From a virus (lineage: Duplodnaviria > Caudoviricetes): a stretch of DNA of 25,209 nt. The stretch spans positions 1-25,209 of the IMG/VR virus record IMGVR_UViG_3300048591_000573. One strand, given 5' to 3'. Of this stretch, positions 1 to 7,627 are shown one piece after another. Under the pieces are notes generated by a model, which ran no database searches, had not been told where the DNA came from, and worked only from the letters and a program-made list of their open reading frames with translations. Position 1 is the stretch's first letter. Every line of letters begins with the position of its first letter. The position numbers and the translations under genes were made by a program.

Positions 1-2
1 GT

Positions 3-1874
3 GGTGGCGGCGGACTCGGCGGCTACTTGCCGGTGCAGGCGCCTGACGCCCAGGGCAAGGATGGCGGCGCCGGCGGCCTGTACGGCGGCGGCGGCGGCGG
101 CGGCGGCGGCGCGATGGACTATGGCCCGCCTGACAGCGTGAGCGGCGCCGGAGCCGAAGGCGCGGCCGGAGTAGTCATCGCCTCGTTCTCGGCTCCAAAC
201 GACAGCGCGTGCATAACGCTTGGCCAGATCGTTTCGGACATCTGCCTCCGCGTCGGACTGACGGCCGAGCAGATCGACGTCTCCGACCTGACGGAATGCG
301 TCGACGGGTACGTGATCACCCGCGTGATGAGTGCGCGCGATGCAATCTCGCCGCTGCGCTCCTACGGCTGGTTCGACTGCGTCGAATCGGACGGTATCCT
401 CAAGTGGCCCACCCGCGGTAAGGCAGGGCTATTCGATTTCACCGCGGACGACCTCGCGGCGCACATCGCCGGCGACAGCAGGCCATCGTCGGCCGAGATT
501 GATCGCCAGCAGGAGGTCGAGCTGCCACGGCGCCTGCGCGTTCACTACGCCCAGACCCTGCAGAACTATGAGCCAGGCGAGCAGAGCGCTTCACGGCTGA
601 CCGCGGGCGACGTCGAGGTACGGGACATGGAAGTCGCGGTCGCCATGAGCGACACGAAGGGCGCGCGGATCGCGGATGTCGTGCTCTACGACCTCTGGGT
701 GTCTCGCAACCGGATCCGAGCGATCGTCGACCACTCCTGGCTCGACCTCGAGCCCGCGGATGCTGGCACGATGCCGCTCGACGGCCGCCAGGAGCGGGTC
801 CGGATCACAAACATCGACCATTCGCTGCCGGGTCTGCTGCGGCTCGATTTGGTCCGTGATGACGACGGCGTCTATCAGTCGTATGCGCTCGGCGCGCCGG
901 CGGCCTACGCGGGCACCGGTGGCGCATCGATCCCCACTCCGGGCACGGCCGAGCTCGTCCTGCTCGATCTGCCGCTGCTGCGCGACGCCGACAACGACGC
1001 CGGCTACTACGCGGCCGTGCACTCGATCGGCGGTACGAACTGGGCCGGGGCCGCGCTCTATCGCTCGCCCGACGGCGGTTCGACGTACGAAGAAGTCGCC
1101 GTGACGTCCGAGGAGGCCTCGGTCGGCCGCCTGGTCTCGGCGCTCGATGCGGGCCCGACCACGATCATCGATGAGGGCAACGAGCTCTTCGTCGACATGG
1201 ACTCCGGCGAGCTCGAATCGGTCTCCGAGGCGTCACTCCTGGCGGGCCTGAATGCCGCGGCGATCGGCGCCGACGGTCGGTGGGAGATCATCCAGTTCCG
1301 CGACGCCGTGATCTCGGGGAGCCCGAACAGCTGGCAACTCACGGGCCTGCTGCGCGGGCGCCGTGGCACCGAGTGGGCGGTCGGCACCAGCCAGGCGGGT
1401 GATAAGTTCGTGCTGCTCGACTCAGCCCTCATGCGCGTGCCGATGAACATCGCGGCGATCGGCGTCGAGCGGCCGCACAAGGGCGTGCTGGTCGGCACCA
1501 GCCTCGAGGCAACGTCGGCAGCCGATTTCACCGGCAACGCCGTCGCGCTCGAGCCGTTCGCCCCGGTTTCGGTCGAGGGCGCCTGGAGCGGTGGCGACCT
1601 GGTCATCACCTGGCTGCGTCGCGGACGCATCGGCCAGGAGCTGCCGAGTGGTTCCGATATCCCGCTTTCTGAGGAAACCGAGGCGTACGAGGTCGACATC
1701 CTCGACGGCCTCACCGTCGTACGCACGCTCAGCAGCTCGACGCCGACGGCAACCTACACCGCCGCACAGATGGCCGCCGACTTCGGCAGCCCGACACCCG
1801 CGTCGATCGACGTTCGTATCTACCAGCTCTCGGCCGTCGTCGGTCGGGGCTATGCCGCCGAGGCCACGCTATGA
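3..1874 (+). CDS. Phage tail tip / host-specificity protein (GTA gp15/Rcc01698-like), 5'-truncated by the window edge
   Basis: The frame is open from base 3. A Gly-rich segment is followed by motifs typical of this family (LPRRLRV, LDLPLL, LNAAAIG..WEIIQF, LLRGRRGTE, PLSEETEAYEVDI, VYQLSAVVGRG-like end). The stop overlaps the next ATG. Confidence 0.85.
   Translation, partial: GGGGLGGYLPVQAPDAQGKDGGAGGLYGGGGGGGGGAMDYGPPDSVSGAGAEGAAGVVIASFSAPNDSACITLGQIVSDICLRVGLTAEQIDVSDLTECVDGYVITRVMSARDAISPLRSYGWFDCVESDGILKWPTRGKAGLFDFTADDLAAHIAGDSRPSSAEIDRQQEVELPRRLRVHYAQTLQNYEPGEQSASRLTAGDVEVRDMEVAVAMSDTKGARIADVVLYDLWVSRNRIRAIVDHSWLDLEPADAGTMPLDGRQERVRITNIDHSLPGLLRLDLVRDDDGVYQSYALGAPAAYAGTGGASIPTPGTAELVLLDLPLLRDADNDAGYYAAVHSIGGTNWAGAALYRSPDGGSTYEEVAVTSEEASVGRLVSALDAGPTTIIDEGNELFVDMDSGELESVSEASLLAGLNAAAIGADGRWEIIQFRDAVISGSPNSWQLTGLLRGRRGTEWAVGTSQAGDKFVLLDSALMRVPMNIAAIGVERPHKGVLVGTSLEATSAADFTGNAVALEPFAPVSVEGAWSGGDLVITWLRRGRIGQELPSGSDIPLSEETEAYEVDILDGLTVVRTLSSSTPTATYTAAQMAADFGSPTPASIDVRIYQLSAVVGRGYAAEATL
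84..110 (+). repeat. (GGC)9 trinucleotide repeat encoding Gly9
   Basis: Seen directly; lies in the Gly-rich part of the tail protein. Confidence 0.9.
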
Positions 1875-3091
1875 CCACGCCGAACCTGTTGCTGTCGGAA
1901 CTTTCTGCGAGCCAGGCGCAGCCCCACCTGACCGTGAATTCAGCACTGCGCCGGATCGATGCGGCGGTGCAGCTGTCGGTGACCTCGATCACCAACACCC
2001 CGCCAGGCTCGCCGACGGACGGAGATCGTTACATCGTCGGCACTGTGCCGTCGGGCGTCTGGGTCGGCCATGAGGACGAGATCGCGGTCTATGTCGGCAC
2101 GGCCTGGGCATTCCTCGCGCCGGCCATCGGCTGGCTCGCGTATGTGCGGGCGGCCGCAGAATTCTATGTCTACGGCACTGGCTCACCGATTGGTTGGGAA
2201 GTGTTCACGCCCGGCGGGACGGGGTCGTCTGATCCGTTGACGCTCGCGGACCGAGCGCAGCCCGCCAGCCCCAGCGCCGCAAGCGCCCTGATTTACAGCC
2301 ACGACGTCGGCAACGTCGGCGTACCGATGTTACTCATGCCACTCGCCGACCCGCTGCCGCTCACGCTCTTCGGCGGCCTGCTCAAGAAGTGGTCACTGAT
2401 CGGGGACGGATCTCAAGCGGATCTTCTTCATTATTCCAACCCAACATTCAGCGGCTCGACAAGCGGCGTTTCGGTGTCGATGACCGGATCAAATCTTCTG
2501 CAGTTTCATCCGCATCAGTCAACAGCCACGTCCGCCTCGACGAATCAGGTCGCCGGAGTCCGCTGGACAGGTTCGAACAGCCTCGGTTTTTATCGAAACT
2601 ACACCACCAACGCCAACGTGGGCGGAGGATATTTCCACTTCCGCTTCGCGTACGAGAACGCCCTTTCAACCGGGAAGCTCGCGGTCGGACTGGTCTCGAC
2701 GACGGCCACGGTCGGCATGGGCTCAGGCGTGCAGCCGAGCGCGCAGGTGAACTGCATCATGCTGGGCGCGGACGAGGGCGACACCAACCTGCAGTTCATG
2801 CACAACGACGGCACCGGCACCTGCACGAAGGTGGACTTGGGCGTCGCGAAGACCGCACTCAGCAGCAGCCTGCTCGATCTCTATATCCTGCTCGACCGCA
2901 ACGGCAACGCGAAGATCTCGCTGCACAATCTCGAGAACGGGAACAAGTACAGCGCGGACATCACGACCGACCTCCCGGCGGACAACACCCTCATGTACCC
3001 GAAGATGTTCACCGGGAATGGCGCGACCGCGACCGCAGTGACGATGCGCATGTATGGCTTTACTGCGCTCGACCAGATCGGCGCGCTCTAA
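1871..3091 (+). CDS. DUF2793-domain tail protein with C-terminal putative receptor-binding domain
   Basis: The N-terminus MTTPNLLL..SQAQPHLTVNSAL..ID...PPGSPTDGDRYIV..W..H..IA....W.F..P..GW matches DUF2793. It follows the tail tip gene. The C-terminus is beta-rich and Ser/Thr/Gly-rich. Confidence 0.85.
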   Translation: MTTPNLLLSELSASQAQPHLTVNSALRRIDAAVQLSVTSITNTPPGSPTDGDRYIVGTVPSGVWVGHEDEIAVYVGTAWAFLAPAIGWLAYVRAAAEFYVYGTGSPIGWEVFTPGGTGSSDPLTLADRAQPASPSAASALIYSHDVGNVGVPMLLMPLADPLPLTLFGGLLKKWSLIGDGSQADLLHYSNPTFSGSTSGVSVSMTGSNLLQFHPHQSTATSASTNQVAGVRWTGSNSLGFYRNYTTNANVGGGYFHFRFAYENALSTGKLAVGLVSTTATVGMGSGVQPSAQVNCIMLGADEGDTNLQFMHNDGTGTCTKVDLGVAKTALSSSLLDLYILLDRNGNAKISLHNLENGNKYSADITTDLPADNTLMYPKMFTGNGATATAVTMRMYGFTALDQIGAL

Positions 3092-3249
3092 TGGTGCCAG
3101 CGACCGAGATCATCGCCCGCACCTACGCAGACGTTCTCCCCGGCAGATTCGCGAGCCTCGAGGCCACCGTGCTCCTGGTCGCGATCGGACTGCAGGAATC
3201 GCGCTTCAAGTACCGCCAGCAGATCGGCGGGCCGGCGCGCAGACCTTAG
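3091..3249 (+). pseudogene. 52-aa N-terminal fragment of a phage lysozyme/transglycosylase-like putative endolysin
   Basis: ATG is coupled to the upstream TAA (TAATG). It encodes ...LPGRFASLEATVLLVAIGLQESRFKYRQQIGGPAR, recognised as the start of a common phage family that normally continues G(F/L)WQFE. It stops where the convergent HNH gene ends. Confidence 0.65.
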
Positions 3250-3806
3250 CGCCAGGTGTTGCCCTTGGAGATGTGCCAGACGGACATGTACGGCACGCCA
3301 ACGGCCGCTGCGACGTCCTTGACTCGGGCACCTCCGGCTAGCCGCTTCTTGATCTCCGCGGCCTGTTCAGCGGTGCAGCGAGCATTGCTGCGGCGCCGTG
3401 AGTTCTCAGCGTGCGGCAGGAACCGGCAGTTCCACGGGGCGTATGGACCATCGATGTCGATGCGGTCAATTTCCAGGCCCGGGCGGTAGCCGTTCTTGCG
3501 GGCCCACTCGACGAATGCGGCCGGATCGTTGGCCCACTCGTCGCAGACCTTCACACCCTTGCCGCCGTAGTACTCATAATGCGAGGCGCTCGGGTAGTCG
3601 CAGCGGATCTGGATGCCTTTTAGGAGGCGGTATAACGGGTGCTTCGACAGACCATGAGTTCTGCGCCGCACCGCTGAGCATGCCGGACACGGTTTGCCCA
3701 ACTTCCGTCTGTCTTGAATCCGAACCTTTCCGCAGTCCGGGCACACGCACTCGAAGAGCGGCGTGTGATTCGACGAACGGGCGACGACTGGCGGTAGCTG
3801 ATCCAT
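3246..3806 (-). CDS. HNH-type homing-endonuclease-like protein with C-terminal HTH
   Basis: Motifs HGLS.HPLY..., RC, YYGGKGVKVCDEW, IDRID.DG.Y.P.NCRF; N-terminal CxxC pairs; C-terminal HTH (VKDVAAAVGV..VWHI..G.TW). Start placed at MDQLPP (3806). Confidence 0.8.
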   Translation of the reverse strand: MDQLPPVVARSSNHTPLFECVCPDCGKVRIQDRRKLGKPCPACSAVRRRTHGLSKHPLYRLLKGIQIRCDYPSASHYEYYGGKGVKVCDEWANDPAAFVEWARKNGYRPGLEIDRIDIDGPYAPWNCRFLPHAENSRRRSNARCTAEQAAEIKKRLAGGARVKDVAAAVGVPYMSVWHISKGNTWR

Positions 3807-3832
3807 ATGTCCGCTTCCAATTCGACCGACCC

Positions 3833-4345
3833 ATGATACCAACCATCAACAGCATCCTCGACGAGATCCTGCGTCGAGAGGGTGGCTATGTGGACCACGC
3901 CGCCGATCGCGGCGGGTGCACGAACTTCGGCATAACCCGCGCCGCGCTCGCCACGTACCGCCAGCGCCCGGTGACCTGCGACGACGTTCGATCACTCACC
4001 CGCGAGGAGGCGCGGCGGATCTACTGGAGCCAGTACATCACCTCGCCGGGGCTGGACCGGATCCGCGACCCCTACGTGCTGGCGCTCGCCGTCGACTGCT
4101 CGGTGAACCACGGGCCGGTGCGGGCCGTGAAGTGGCTGCAGGAGATCGTCGGTGTGAAGGTCGACGGCAAGCTCGGGCCGATCTCCGAGATGGCCATCAG
4201 CTCGATGGAGCCCGTGCGGCTGTACCAGAAACTGCTCGCCCGCCGGGTCGTGTTCTACGGCGAGATCGTCAACCGCGACCGCAGCCAGGCGGCGTTCATT
4301 CTCGGCTGGCTGCGCAGGGCCGCCGAATTCATCGAAAGCCCATAG
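3833..4345 (+). CDS. Endolysin, glycoside hydrolase family 108 with C-terminal peptidoglycan-binding domain
   Basis: EGGYVDH..DRGG.TNFGIT catalytic signature, D..VNHG, DG.LGP, and F..GWL.R at the C-terminus. The real start is ATG 3833 inside the longer listed ORF. Confidence 0.93.
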   Translation: MIPTINSILDEILRREGGYVDHAADRGGCTNFGITRAALATYRQRPVTCDDVRSLTREEARRIYWSQYITSPGLDRIRDPYVLALAVDCSVNHGPVRAVKWLQEIVGVKVDGKLGPISEMAISSMEPVRLYQKLLARRVVFYGEIVNRDRSQAAFILGWLRRAAEFIESP

Positions 4346-4354
4346 GAGGCAACC

Positions 4355-4996
4355 ATGGAACAGATCAAGTGGTATCAGTCGACCACGCTGCGGGCGCTGC
4401 TCGTGGCGCTCGCGTCGCAGGTCATCGTCTGGACCGGTGTCGCCGAGCAGCTGCCCGATGGCGCCGCGACGCTCGCGGTCGACGCGCTGCTGCAGGTGAT
4501 CGCGATCGCCGCCACGGCCTACGCCGCCTGGGCGCGGGCGAACCGGGCGAACCCGCCGATCACGGACACGGCCGTCCGCAAGACCGAGGAGCGCCAGACC
4601 GGTGCGGTCGAGGTGTCCAAGCAGTCCCAGGGCGGATTCGTCCGTCCGATCATGCTGGGCATCCTCCTGGCCGTGAGCATCCCGGTCACCGTGGGGCTCA
4701 GCGCCTGCGCCGTCGGTCTGCAGCCCGCGAAGTCCTTCGACCAGCAGCTCGCCTACGCCTACTCGACGCACACGGCCGTGCTGTCCTCGGCCGGCAACGC
4801 GCTCGAGGCGGGCGACCTGACCGTCGAGGACGCCGAGGCCGTGCTCGAGCTCGCCGACCAGTCCCGCACGCTGCTCGATGCCGCCCGGCTCGCCTCCGGC
4901 GCCGGTGACGTCGCAACCGCCGAGGGCCGCCTGGCGCTCGCCACGAACGTGCTCGAGCAGCTGCTCGCCTACCTGCGCACCCGAGGTGTGAAATGA
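4355..4996 (+). CDS. Holin-like protein fused to an internal lipoprotein (lipobox LSAC)
   Basis: AGGAGG RBS. KWYQSTT followed by two hydrophobic helices is holin-like. A charged linker leads to QGGF, a hydrophobic stretch and LSAC (Cys118), then a helical domain. It follows the endolysin. Confidence 0.7.
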   Translation: MEQIKWYQSTTLRALLVALASQVIVWTGVAEQLPDGAATLAVDALLQVIAIAATAYAAWARANRANPPITDTAVRKTEERQTGAVEVSKQSQGGFVRPIMLGILLAVSIPVTVGLSACAVGLQPAKSFDQQLAYAYSTHTAVLSSAGNALEAGDLTVEDAEAVLELADQSRTLLDAARLASGAGDVATAEGRLALATNVLEQLLAYLRTRGVK

Positions 4997-5199
4997 GCGT
5001 CACCGCCGCCCTGGAACTGCTGCTCGCCCTGCTGGCCCGCACGCAGGAGATCTCCATCCTGATCGCCAAGCTCAACGCCGAGGGGCGCACCGAGCTCACG
5101 GACGAGGAATGGGCCGTGATCGTGGCTGCGGATGACCTCGCGCGGGCACGGTTGCAGGCGCTGATCGATGCCAGGAAGGCGGGCGGCACTGGCAAGTGA
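4993..5199 (+). CDS. Small helical protein, last gene of the lysis cassette (possible spanin partner)
   Basis: ATGA overlap with the upstream gene; amphipathic N-terminus; good codon usage. Confidence 0.7.
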   Translation: MSVTAALELLLALLARTQEISILIAKLNAEGRTELTDEEWAVIVAADDLARARLQALIDARKAGGTGK

Positions 5200-5210
5200 C
5201 CCCCGGCGGG

Positions 5211-5429
5211 CTGTTCAATAAATCCCGCGACTGCTCAACATTCCCGCCGCTTTTCCGCTGGTTCAAAGCCAAAAATATTGACCAGCTCCCGCCGATTTAA
5301 TCCCGCCATTCAGCCGGATAGCCGCGTTCGTCTTACCGCCTCCTAAGCGGTAGGTCGTCGGTTCAACTCCGGCCCGGGGCGCCATTCCAGCGCAGCCCTG
5401 TCCAATATCACCCCGCACTGTCCAATATT
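5211..5429. repeat. Integrase arm-type sites, consensus CTG(T/C/G)YCAAYAW
   Basis: CTGTTCAATAAA 5211, CTGCTCAACATT 5231, inverted AATATTGACCAG 5274, CTGTCCAATATC 5398 and CTGTCCAATATT 5418. Each direct pair is spaced 20 bp and the pairs flank the tRNA-like core. Confidence 0.75.
5335..5384 (+). mobile_element. attP: attP core: 3' half of tRNA-Arg(CCT)
   Basis: Anticodon arm ACCGC-CTCCTAA-GCGGT, variable loop, T arm GTCGG-TTCAACT-CCGGC, acceptor 3' strand and CCA are present. There is no matching 5' acceptor strand. It lies 24 bp from the integrase stop. Confidence 0.88.
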
Positions 5430-6397
5430 CTGAGCGGCACCGCTCGCCGCGGGCGCCGCCGGTAGACCGCCCGGGTCATGGCCGGATCCTTGTGGCCGAG
5501 CCGATCGGCCGCTTCCTGATCGCTGTCCGCGTCGCTCGCACTCTTGGCCCGCAGATCGTGAAAGTGGAACGCCTCAGCCAGTCCGGCAGCCTTTGCTTTT
5601 CGCATGAGGCGCTGCCACGCGCTCTGAAAGCCGTTCAGGCTGTAGGGCGAGCCAGTACGAGTGCAGATCACGTATCGGCGCACCTGCGGCTTCTCCCGCA
5701 GCGCGGCGTCCACGATCATGCGTAGCTCGTCGCTCCAGCCGATCCCCTGCGACTCGCCCGTCTTGCTGCGGTCGAACTCAATCCCGGTCGCCGTCATGTG
5801 GCGCCGTTCGAGCTTGCGGATGGTGCCTTGGTCCATGCCGGCCACGAAGGCAAGATCCATCGCGCAGCCGATCATGGGCGGCGCCAGCTCGCGCACTAGC
5901 AGGTATTCGTCGTCGGTCACGTATCGCCGCCGCGGGCCGCCGGACGGCAGGTTGAGGCCGAAGCACGGATTCGGGTGGCTGAACACGCCGAGCTTGCGGC
6001 CGTAACTCAAGACGGCCGACAGCGCCCGGATCTCGTGGCGGGCCTGCTCGATCTGTTCCCGGGCCATCCAGTATTTCCATACGTCGGACGGCTCGATGTC
6101 GCCCGGGTGAACCGGCCCGAAGGACTGCCGGATGCGCCGGAACTCCTGCGCCCGGGTCTGCCGGGTCCGCTCGGCCTGCTTGGCGAGCACGTCCACTTCG
6201 TAACGGGCGATCAGGGTATCAACCGTGACCGGCGGATCGTCGGACTTCACGAGCAGAGCCAGGGCGCGCAGGGCGCCCGGATAGTCCTTTGCCAGCCGGT
6301 GCCACTTCCCGCCCGGCGCGGCGTAGTAGTAGGCGCCGTGGCGATGGTAGACCCGCCGCGGAAGGTGCTTATCCGACTTCCGCCGCCTCCCCATCAT
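5408..6397 (-). CDS. int: Tyrosine recombinase (phage integrase)
   Basis: N-terminal MGRRRK...LP.RVY..HGAYYY, SKTG, FHDLRAK, LGH and VYRR motifs; adjacent to attP. The first catalytic Arg position reads AGMDQG. Confidence 0.93.
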   Translation of the reverse strand: MMGRRRKSDKHLPRRVYHRHGAYYYAAPGGKWHRLAKDYPGALRALALLVKSDDPPVTVDTLIARYEVDVLAKQAERTRQTRAQEFRRIRQSFGPVHPGDIEPSDVWKYWMAREQIEQARHEIRALSAVLSYGRKLGVFSHPNPCFGLNLPSGGPRRRYVTDDEYLLVRELAPPMIGCAMDLAFVAGMDQGTIRKLERRHMTATGIEFDRSKTGESQGIGWSDELRMIVDAALREKPQVRRYVICTRTGSPYSLNGFQSAWQRLMRKAKAAGLAEAFHFHDLRAKSASDADSDQEAADRLGHKDPAMTRAVYRRRPRRAVPLRILDSAG

Positions 6398-6403
6398 CGC
6401 AGC

Positions 6404-6601
6404 CTACCTCACCGGGGCAAGGTTCGAGAAATTCGGCCGGACCCGGGGCGGCTCGTGGCCGGACAGGTCCGACGACAGGACGACCGGGCGTCCGTCCTTG
6501 CGGACGTGGTGGCGGATGCCTTGGCGCCGCAGCCAATTCACTTGCAGGCTCGACCGCTTGTAGCCGGTTAGCTCGATCAGTTGTTCGGCCGTCAGGAACA
6601 A
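6404..6601 (-). CDS. xis: Excisionase-like protein (DUF4224 family)
   Basis: MFLT.EQL.ELTGYKR...Q..WL...GI......DGRPVV...PNF signature; directly upstream of int; TTG start 1 nt after the upstream stop. Confidence 0.8.
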   Translation of the reverse strand: MFLTAEQLIELTGYKRSSLQVNWLRRQGIRHHVRKDGRPVVLSSDLSGHEPPRVRPNFSNLAPVR

Positions 6602-6602
6602 A

Positions 6603-7226
6603 TCAGCGCTTCCGGTTCTCGATCGGCTGGAATTGCTCGATGTAGACCGCCTCGACGGCCAAGTGATACGGCCACGGCACGGCCAGCCAGGTCTGGGCGT
6701 CGAACTCAATCGGGCGACCCCATACCTTCGACGTAGTGATGTCGCGCGAGTTGTCGCGGTTCAGTCGGTGGTGGCTAACCCGCTCGCCAACGCTTCTCGA
6801 TTGGCCGATGTAAACAAGGTCGCCGCTTAGCCAGAGAAGATAAACACCGGGCTCGCAAGCGTACATATCGTCGCGCGTGAGCGGATCGGGCAGCACGCGC
6901 AACTGTCCGATAGGCAGCAGTTCGATTGCCGGCCAGACGACGGGTGGCGGCTCGATGGTCGCGCCCTGAGCAAACGCCTTGACCTGGTCAACCCTAAACC
7001 GGACATGACGGCCGACGCGAATGTACCGTATCCGCCCAGCCCGCCGCTGGCGGGCGACCGTGGCCTCGCTGACGCCCAGGTACTCCGCGGCGTCCTTCTC
7101 GGTCCACTGCCGCCAGCCGCGGTCCTGGCTGACCTGCCAGGTTTGCCGATACATCAGGCGCCCGCCGTCCGCGACCGCCCGCAGCAGGGCGCACACGGAG
7201 CGGATCAGGGGAATGCGCTCGGTCAC
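6603..7226 (-). CDS. Excisionase-like HTH (HTH_17) fused to a GIY-YIG nuclease domain
   Basis: T.KDAAEYLGVS.ATV......GRI....VGR.VRF, then PGVYLL...LVYIGQS..V..R...H and E...I....P..N. The start is either GTG 7226 (overlapping the upstream stop) or ATG 7154. Confidence 0.8.
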   Translation of the reverse strand: MTERIPLIRSVCALLRAVADGGRLMYRQTWQVSQDRGWRQWTEKDAAEYLGVSEATVARQRRAGRIRYIRVGRHVRFRVDQVKAFAQGATIEPPPVVWPAIELLPIGQLRVLPDPLTRDDMYACEPGVYLLWLSGDLVYIGQSRSVGERVSHHRLNRDNSRDITTSKVWGRPIEFDAQTWLAVPWPYHLAVEAVYIEQFQPIENRKR

Positions 7227-7624
7227 TGCGCGGTAAGGGCTGCCAGCCGCTCGGACCGGCTGCGGTGCAGCTCCTCCGGCACCTCGGCATGCAGCTCGCC
7301 GAGCTCCTTGCAGACGGCCGCGTAGATCCGCTCGACGGTGTCGGCGTCGTCGGCCTCGCTGATCGCCAGGCGCGCGTCGGCGACGTGGTGGAACGTGGTC
7401 GACTCGTAGGACGCCGGGTCGGGCAGCTCGGCGTGGCGCAGCTGGTCGGCAATCTGCGGGGCGAGCTCGCGCTCGACCACCGGCACCGCGTTCAGGTATC
7501 GATCCATCTCGGTCGAGGAGGGCAGGCGCTTGTAGAGCCGGCGAATGACCGTCTTGCGGGCCATCTCGTCGGGCCACTTCGCCCAGGGGCCGTCGTCGCT
7601 GGTGGCGCGGCTCACGGCCTGCAT
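7223..7624 (-). pseudogene. recT: C-terminal fragment of a RecT-family single-strand annealing protein
   Basis: GPW..WPDEMARKTVIRRL.KRLP.S.E is the RecT C-terminal core motif, but it lies only about 12 aa from the start. An in-frame stop sits immediately upstream, so the N-terminal core is missing. Confidence 0.72.
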
Positions 7625-7627
7625 CGT

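Noticed and set aside
84-110. (GGC)9 as a contingency locus
   Set aside because: It is a triplet repeat within a Gly-rich tail domain, so slippage would preserve the frame.
2389-3090. 286-aa ORF 2389-3249 as a full gene
   Set aside because: It is an alternate frame of the DUF2793 gene. Only the last 52 codons from ATG 3091 look real.
1871-3250. Diversity-generating retroelement or invertible tail-fibre cassette
   Set aside because: No reverse transcriptase, invertase or duplicated variable/template repeat is visible in the window.
3398-3832. N-terminal extension of the GH108 endolysin in the listed 315-aa ORF
   Set aside because: It is antisense to the HNH gene and low in information. GH108 similarity begins at ATG 3833.
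5300-5384. Complete tRNA-Arg gene
   Set aside because: There is no 5' acceptor strand (GCCCCGG) at the right distance and the D-arm spacing is wrong. It is better explained as the attP core.
5211-5429. CRISPR-like array or replication iterons
   Set aside because: The repeats are short, degenerate and flank the att core, which fits integrase arm sites. There are no spacers or cas genes.
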